Source of the DNA: an uncultured archaeon
Lineage (GTDB): Archaea; Asgardarchaeota; Thorarchaeia; Thorarchaeales; Thorarchaeaceae
NCBI GenBank assembly: GCA_964648855.1
Contig: CAZYLT010000009.1
Span: 64,868 to 96,867, forward strand
Direction: 5' to 3'
Length of the DNA: 32,000 nt
Shown piece by piece: positions 26,730 through 32,000 of the stretch (positions within the stretch are counted from its first letter, which is position 1; the number at the start of each line of letters is the position of its first letter). Below the pieces are notes generated by a model. That model was not told where the DNA came from. It made no database searches and saw only the letters and a program-made list of their open reading frames with translations. The position numbers and the translations under genes are program-made.

Positions 26730-27740
26730 CTACTCTATCAGTTTGACAGATATCACTTTATCGCTATGTAAGAGCTGAGTTGGAGACTTCATGACTTTGA
26801 GGACATCATCTGCCTGTCTCTCCAAACCGTTGTTTCGTAGCATGTCAACAAATTCGAAACCTGAAGTTATTGCCAAACCCTTGATGGGCGATCCGTTCTT
26901 GCATGATTCAACTATGTCTCGCGCAGGTACCAATTTGCATTTCAGGTTCTCGCCTTTCATCTTTCTCAGGTGTCTAATCCCCTTCCTGGCAATTGCTCTA
27001 CTTTCTTTCTGCTCCTTTGTGTAAGCTCTTCGCTTAGAAATTCGTCTAAGCCTTTTCGTTCCCTCTTCTATCAATTCTTCTGAATCTAGCATTCCATCAT
27101 AGATTGGTCTGACATTCTTTATAGAACTCGTCACTAGCCATGCTGTGCCAAAAGCTCTCTGATATCGCATAGCCTTCAATACCTCGGATTCACTTAGGAG
27201 CGTGAAGGACCGATAGCCCTTGTATTCTACCGATATTTCCCAGCCAGGATTGCTGCTCCTTATTAGGAGGTCTGGGGTCAATCCCTGTCCCGTGCTAGGT
27301 ACTGATGTTTCAACATTGTCAAACATAATATCGACCAATTTCAGAAATGCTTCATGGAATAAATTATGTCGTAGGTTCCGCGCCTCTTGGGGGTGCCTTA
27401 GTCCAGCATTCCGGTATAATAGTGGCATCTGAGGGCTTTGTCCGGTTCTCTTCTTGACTTCGCTCTTCGACGTTAGTCGTCCTCTACTATGATTCCTCTT
27501 CACAAGACGAATTGCAGCCTCATATCCCACCAAATCGTATACCATCTTCCCTAATGTTGGAAGACGTTCGCCCTTCTTCTCCATGTCTCTTCGTCTTCTC
27601 TTTGCCTCTCCTTGAGCCCAGTCTACTACTTGCTGTGCATCATCTCCTAATAGGGAGAGAACAGATCCCATCTTCTTATGGAGATTATATCTCCCTATGT
27701 GCTTCTTGAGATGTGGTCCATATCTGACTCGGGGTGACAC
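26730..27740 (-). CDS. Basic protein with a PD-(D/E)XK restriction-endonuclease-like domain
   Basis: TPDLLI...ISVEYKGY...KAMRY...AWLVT core and a very R/K-rich N-terminal region. Confidence 0.65.
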   Translation of the reverse strand: MSPRVRYGPHLKKHIGRYNLHKKMGSVLSLLGDDAQQVVDWAQGEAKRRRRDMEKKGERLPTLGKMVYDLVGYEAAIRLVKRNHSRGRLTSKSEVKKRTGQSPQMPLLYRNAGLRHPQEARNLRHNLFHEAFLKLVDIMFDNVETSVPSTGQGLTPDLLIRSSNPGWEISVEYKGYRSFTLLSESEVLKAMRYQRAFGTAWLVTSSIKNVRPIYDGMLDSEELIEEGTKRLRRISKRRAYTKEQKESRAIARKGIRHLRKMKGENLKCKLVPARDIVESCKNGSPIKGLAITSGFEFVDMLRNNGLERQADDVLKVMKSPTQLLHSDKVISVKLIE

Positions 27741-27790
27741 AGTTATTCCTCTATGGTCAAGTTACGTCAAAGGTCAGACACTCGGGAAAC

Positions 27791-28468
27791 TTATTCTCCG
27801 AAAATATCCTTCACCAATCTGACTTCTTGAGTTTCTTCGTCGTATTCAACCAAATCCTCATTTCTGAGGTCATGTATTGCTTTCGTAGCCAACGCCGGTA
27901 CAATTCCAGTGCTGTCCACAATGTGTTTTCTGGTAATACTGGCTCCCGTGTTATGGAGGGTGTAAAGAACCCTTGCATGTGGCTTTCCACCGAAGACGGT
28001 TTCAATCAAAGTAATGTAAATTGATAGCAGGTCACTCACGTCAACCTTCTCTTCAAGTTTCTCTTTTTCAGCAGCAGCATCTCTGTACAACTCAGAAACT
28101 CTCTGTAGTCTATCGGTTATCTGATCCATTTCTGCCTTGAGCTCATCACGTTCTTTGATGATGGCACCAATCTCATCTTGTTTCTCGGATTCAAGTGTCG
28201 AAATCTTCTCAGATTTCTCTTCCAGCTCGGCTTTCTTGCTCTGTAGGGATTGTTTAGTTTCTTGTAGTTCGGACCTGACAGTGCTTAGCTCTTCTTCTGT
28301 TTGTTCGAGTTTCTCCTGTAGATTCCACGTTTTTTCTTCTGCCTCTCTACGAGCTGTTCTGAGTTCTTCGCTCTTTTGAAGTAGTTCATCTCGCTCATCC
28401 AGAAGAGTGGTAGCTTTCTCTTTCAGCTCGTCAAGCTCAGAAAGAATTGTTTCCCGTTCTATTGACAA
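27791..28468 (-). CDS. Coiled-coil protein with a C-terminal winged-helix domain
   Basis: About 140 aa of E/K/L heptads, then KPHARVLYTLH...ITRKHIVDSTGIVPALATKAIHDLRNEDLVEYD. TTG start with a GGAGAG RBS. Confidence 0.8.
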   Translation of the reverse strand: MSIERETILSELDELKEKATTLLDERDELLQKSEELRTARREAEEKTWNLQEKLEQTEEELSTVRSELQETKQSLQSKKAELEEKSEKISTLESEKQDEIGAIIKERDELKAEMDQITDRLQRVSELYRDAAAEKEKLEEKVDVSDLLSIYITLIETVFGGKPHARVLYTLHNTGASITRKHIVDSTGIVPALATKAIHDLRNEDLVEYDEETQEVRLVKDIFGE

Positions 28469-28515
28469 TGTGAGTCTCTCCTAGTCTGTAAGGGTCTTTA
28501 CAACTTAAATTCCTT

Positions 28516-29664
28516 TCACATCAAGTTGATATCAAAAGCCGCAGCTTTTGTCTTGATATAACGGATATACATTTTCTTCAATTCTCTTAGCGGCAGCTCA
28601 AATGCCTTGAATGCCTCCAGCTCGCCCTTTCTCCTCTTCTTCAGAATTTCTTCATTTTCACGTGTTAAAATCGGATCCTCTCCAATTGCAGGAATGCTAC
28701 GGTTCTGCTTTGCACATCGGATGTCTGACTTGGACATTTTTTCTAGAGAATGCTCAACATCTCTTAGCATGCCATTCTTTGACCAGAAATCCTCTGAGGT
28801 CAATCCAATAAGCTTGGCATCTGGGGCAGATAGTCCGCGAATGTTTGAGAGTTCTATAGAATTACTCTTGATTGTTGAGAATATCCGCAACGACCAGGGG
28901 GACATATCAACAAGAACCAGAATAGGAACCTCTTGTTGAGATAGGCGTCTAATCCAGGCTCTCATATTACGACCTGGTTGACCAAAAAGTGCCCCCACAC
29001 CTATATCCAATTCTTCAGGGACGCCCAACTCTATTAGATTCCTTGCCATTGCTTCTTTTTCCACAAACACTGCTGCGTTAATGTTAAGATCATGGATTGT
29101 AACTTCAAACGGCCTGGATGAGATAAACCAACCATATTCCCCAGCTGCCGCGCAGTTGATTCTCTTCTTTGATAGGTCAGATAGGGTCACATCCCCATAA
29201 AATGTACCCTTCGGAGAACTGACTACTCCAAACTCCTCCCTTGGAACAGAGTCACCATCGACCCTTAATATTCTCTCACAAAGGTTCACAAGTCGGTTGG
29301 TTTCATTTTGGTCTTTGATATTGAAGACATCCTGTACTCGTTTCACTTTGTGCATGTAATAGAAATCACGTAATGACATTGACATGCCCTGATCCAAATG
29401 CTCTTTGAACCTTGAGAGGGCATAGATGAGAGACGCTATGGTCTTGGCGCTATCTACTCTTCTGCCATCCAGAAATGATGGTTTTTCATCAATAGGCAGA
29501 TATCCCTTCTCCTGTTCAAAACGAATATTCCTCTTCGAAGAACCAAAGTACCCGATCTCAGGAAACTCACCATCTTCAATGGTTTCTGCGATAACTTCGA
29601 GGACGTTGTCAATCAGGCTCCCAACCTTGTCAGTTGAAATACTTGTTCTAGAACCGGCTGCCAT
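28516..29664 (-). CDS. top6A: DNA topoisomerase VI subunit A (Spo11 family), divergent
   Basis: SLRDFYY (catalytic Tyr), Q.ET, REEFGV...PKG, FVEKEAM, GQP....R and KGELEAF motifs. The Toprim DxD reads DMS. The start overlaps the top6B stop by 1 nt. Confidence 0.88.
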   Translation of the reverse strand: MAAGSRTSISTDKVGSLIDNVLEVIAETIEDGEFPEIGYFGSSKRNIRFEQEKGYLPIDEKPSFLDGRRVDSAKTIASLIYALSRFKEHLDQGMSMSLRDFYYMHKVKRVQDVFNIKDQNETNRLVNLCERILRVDGDSVPREEFGVVSSPKGTFYGDVTLSDLSKKRINCAAAGEYGWFISSRPFEVTIHDLNINAAVFVEKEAMARNLIELGVPEELDIGVGALFGQPGRNMRAWIRRLSQQEVPILVLVDMSPWSLRIFSTIKSNSIELSNIRGLSAPDAKLIGLTSEDFWSKNGMLRDVEHSLEKMSKSDIRCAKQNRSIPAIGEDPILTRENEEILKKRRKGELEAFKAFELPLRELKKMYIRYIKTKAAAFDINLM

Positions 29665-31196
29665 CAGTTGCTCCCCCGGTCAAATCCTAACGCTGTCTGT
29701 ATATCTCTTCCGAGTGAACGTGAGAGCGTATTTGTTATGAACGTATAATATAGTGCCAGTTTGTTTTCTCTCTTCTTTTGTTTTCTCACTCTGTTTTTCC
29801 TTCGCACTTTGGTCGCGATGGTTCTAAGGCAGTCCTTGAATCCAAGTTCAATTTCCCTTCTCACGATATCCACATCGGCGATGTATTCCTTTCCGACCGT
29901 CTTGTACGGTATTTTGGTTGAGCAAATATGAACGAAGAAGGCAAGAGGATCGTCATTCGATAAGCCGTAGTGAGTCAAGTTCAGCTCCTTCAGAACCCTA
30001 CTCGAAACGTCAGCACTTTCATCGTATAAGAGGGGAATCCGATTTGCAAATCTATATAATCCAATTCCTCGTTCCAACTCCCCGCCATAGGCGACACCTG
30101 TTTCTATTATGAACGGATGCCCCTCATACGAATTCGGATTCCTAGTTGCAAGAGAAACATACTCAGGACCTAGTCGTTTCATACCGGCTCGCATGACATC
30201 TTCCTTTGCAGGTGAAAGGCAATCAGCGGATGGTGCATAGAATTCTCCGAAGGCAGAAATTCTTTCCATGAGTCTGACCAAATCATCATCATCAAGATCT
30301 TCTGGCCGCGTGTCATTTTCAAAGCCTGCGAACTGTAGAAATGACTCTGCAGTAGCTGGACCAACTCGCTGAAAGGAATTCTTCAGGAATGTTTCAATGC
30401 TATTAGACCTGGTTGATGTAATCATGGTTTTTAGCATTTCAACATCAATGCCTTTGGGATGAGGCTTCGTTTCTTTGGCGGCATCCGGCAAGATGTCGAT
30501 TATTCGATGATATGAAAGAATTTCGTCATCGGGTGTTGCAAAATCTATTGAAGCATATGGAACAATTAGACTCGTCTGATTGAAATACTCGTGAATTCTA
30601 CGTTTGCTTCTGAACCAGTCTCCTTGTAGAAAATAAGAGACTGTTGTGCCATGTTCACTCGCTTGTTTTGGTAGTCTTTTCTTTTCCAAAACAACCGGTT
30701 CATTTCTCTCTATGTCCAATTTCATTGTCAGCATATTGGAGTACGGCTTCCCTGCGATGGATGAGTTAACTGTGATGGGTTTCTGTGTTGTAATTTGACC
30801 ATAGAGCAGAGCTAGGCTGCCCCCAAGGCCAAATGTACCCCGACTCTGCTTCAGAACAAATTTTGTCCCCGTAAGCATCTTTCCAATAAGTTTGGGTACA
30901 TCTTCTAACTCAATTCCTCCACCATTGTCGCTGACAACTAACTTGAAGGCTCTGGGCGTGGAAGGAATTCCTGTGGAATCATCTTGATTGTCTGCATATG
31001 TCAGTGAAACACTAATTTCTGGAAGGACACCAATCTCTTCACATGCGTCTAGGCTGTTTTCCAGTAGCTCTCTTACTGAAACGTATAGAGACCGAGCAGG
31101 GTTATCAAACCCTGCAATAGCTCTGTTTCGATAGAACCACGCTGAAACTGAGAGCTCGACAATATCCTGCTTCGTTTCACCAATGTCTAGTGTCAT
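29664..31196 (-). CDS. top6B: DNA topoisomerase VI subunit B
   Basis: GHKL motifs ELLENSLDA, DNGGGI, QSRGTFGLG and HGT; also KPHPKG, H2TH RVG, RFANRIPLLY and KIPYKTVGKE. Start reassigned to ATG 31196. Confidence 0.95.
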   Translation of the reverse strand: MTLDIGETKQDIVELSVSAWFYRNRAIAGFDNPARSLYVSVRELLENSLDACEEIGVLPEISVSLTYADNQDDSTGIPSTPRAFKLVVSDNGGGIELEDVPKLIGKMLTGTKFVLKQSRGTFGLGGSLALLYGQITTQKPITVNSSIAGKPYSNMLTMKLDIERNEPVVLEKKRLPKQASEHGTTVSYFLQGDWFRSKRRIHEYFNQTSLIVPYASIDFATPDDEILSYHRIIDILPDAAKETKPHPKGIDVEMLKTMITSTRSNSIETFLKNSFQRVGPATAESFLQFAGFENDTRPEDLDDDDLVRLMERISAFGEFYAPSADCLSPAKEDVMRAGMKRLGPEYVSLATRNPNSYEGHPFIIETGVAYGGELERGIGLYRFANRIPLLYDESADVSSRVLKELNLTHYGLSNDDPLAFFVHICSTKIPYKTVGKEYIADVDIVRREIELGFKDCLRTIATKVRRKNRVRKQKKRENKLALYYTFITNTLSRSLGRDIQTALGFDRGSN

Positions 31197-31268
31197 CAAG
31201 AAACACCGTTCTTCAGCAAGAAGATAGCATGAAGTCACTATGAACACAAGTATTACGTCAACAACATT

Positions 31269-32000
31269 CTATAGGAGATTGCCCAGGATGTAAAGGGCAA
31301 CAAGAGCGACAGTAAGGACCGCCCACACCTTCTTGTTCCATGCCATTACAGTGGCACCATCAAAGGGTTGGAATGGTATCATATTGAAGAGCCCGAGCAT
31401 GGCATTTAGAATGATTGTGTATTTGAGAATGAATAACCACTGATAGATAACCCCTCCAAGAAGAAGCTGACTGAGGATCAATGTACTGAGAGCGATAAAT
31501 GCAAGTATGAAGTTGGAAGTTGGACCAGATGCATTCACTTTTCCTTTTTGTTCAAGAGACCTTGCCCCACTAGTGAATACAACACCAGTGCCAAATATTG
31601 GCACTGATAACAGAATTGCCATGGCAGACAATAGGTATCCTGACTGAGTCATCCTGAATTCAGACCACATGCCATAGTTTTGTGCAGCGAATTTATGTGC
31701 CATCTCATGAACCATGAATGATGTGAGGAAGATCAGAATTGTTCCTATTGGTACCCACCAGTATCCACTCGCGACCAATGAAGCAACGGTGACAACTCCT
31801 GCGATGATTCCGAAACCAGCCGAATACGCGGAGTGGAGTGATATTCCAACCAACACTACTAGAATGCACGAAATGAGTAAATCTCTAATTTCTTTTTGGG
31901 AAAACCTATTTGCTATTCTTTTTCTGCTTACTAGAGGAATAACTCGAGGAGATTTTCTTTTTTGCAGCATCACGTGCTTCTTGCATAGCAGGACATCCAT
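31269..32000 (-). CDS. M50-family (site-2) intramembrane zinc metalloprotease, probably 5'-truncated by the window edge
   Basis: HEMAH, GPTSN and FNMIPFQPFDG motifs with TM helices. The N-terminal CKKH may be the tail of a zinc finger. Confidence 0.88.
   Translation of the reverse strand: MDVLLCKKHVMLQKRKSPRVIPLVSRKRIANRFSQKEIRDLLISCILVVLVGISLHSAYSAGFGIIAGVVTVASLVASGYWWVPIGTILIFLTSFMVHEMAHKFAAQNYGMWSEFRMTQSGYLLSAMAILLSVPIFGTGVVFTSGARSLEQKGKVNASGPTSNFILAFIALSTLILSQLLLGGVIYQWLFILKYTIILNAMLGLFNMIPFQPFDGATVMAWNKKVWAVLTVALVALYILGNLL

Noticed and set aside
26730-31196. Wadjet (JetABCD)-type defence system suggested by Toprim, coiled-coil and nuclease genes
   Set aside because: The Toprim gene is paired with a genuine Top6B and keeps the catalytic Tyr; there is no SMC ATPase or kleisin.
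1-32000. Selenoprotein or stop-codon readthrough, inteins, frameshifts
   Set aside because: The recognisable enzymes appear full length with Cys at the expected sites, and I saw no split domains or intein motifs. This was checked by eye only.

Overview
Gene-dense archaeal chromosomal segment, most likely from an Asgard archaeon (Thorarchaeia-like; inferred from gene content, not a database match). I saw no rRNA, tRNA, CRISPR array or intact mobile element. From left to right: a partial EamA transporter and a 40-aa desulforedoxin (both missed by the ORF track); an RNA polymerase Rpo5 with a eukaryote-type N-terminal domain; a dolichol/phytol-kinase-like gene, CinA-like and HD proteins; a surface-glycan block (GT-B protein, CapK-like ligase, GT4, PMT/ArnT-like GT, GT2) interrupted by a pair of unknown membrane proteins built from three copies of one domain; a FAD oxidoreductase with a CCG Fe-S partner carrying an SCP2-like tail; split ALG14/ALG13; an RdgC-like protein; a PD-(D/E)XK nuclease; a transglutaminase-like protein; a coiled-coil/winged-helix protein; AmrS and DUF2797; and, on the minus strand in transcription order, an M50 protease, top6B, top6A, a second coiled-coil/winged-helix protein, a second PD-(D/E)XK nuclease, a Roadblock protein and a NifB-like enzyme. 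The best candidate for an undescribed system is the tandem paralog pair at 23656-25412. Each has a longin domain plus two winged-helix domains and resembles, by eye, NPRL2/NPRL3 of eukaryotic GATOR1, with a Roadblock/LAMTOR-type gene about 0.8 kb away. All family calls come from motifs and recalled family sequences and need HMM or structure confirmation.
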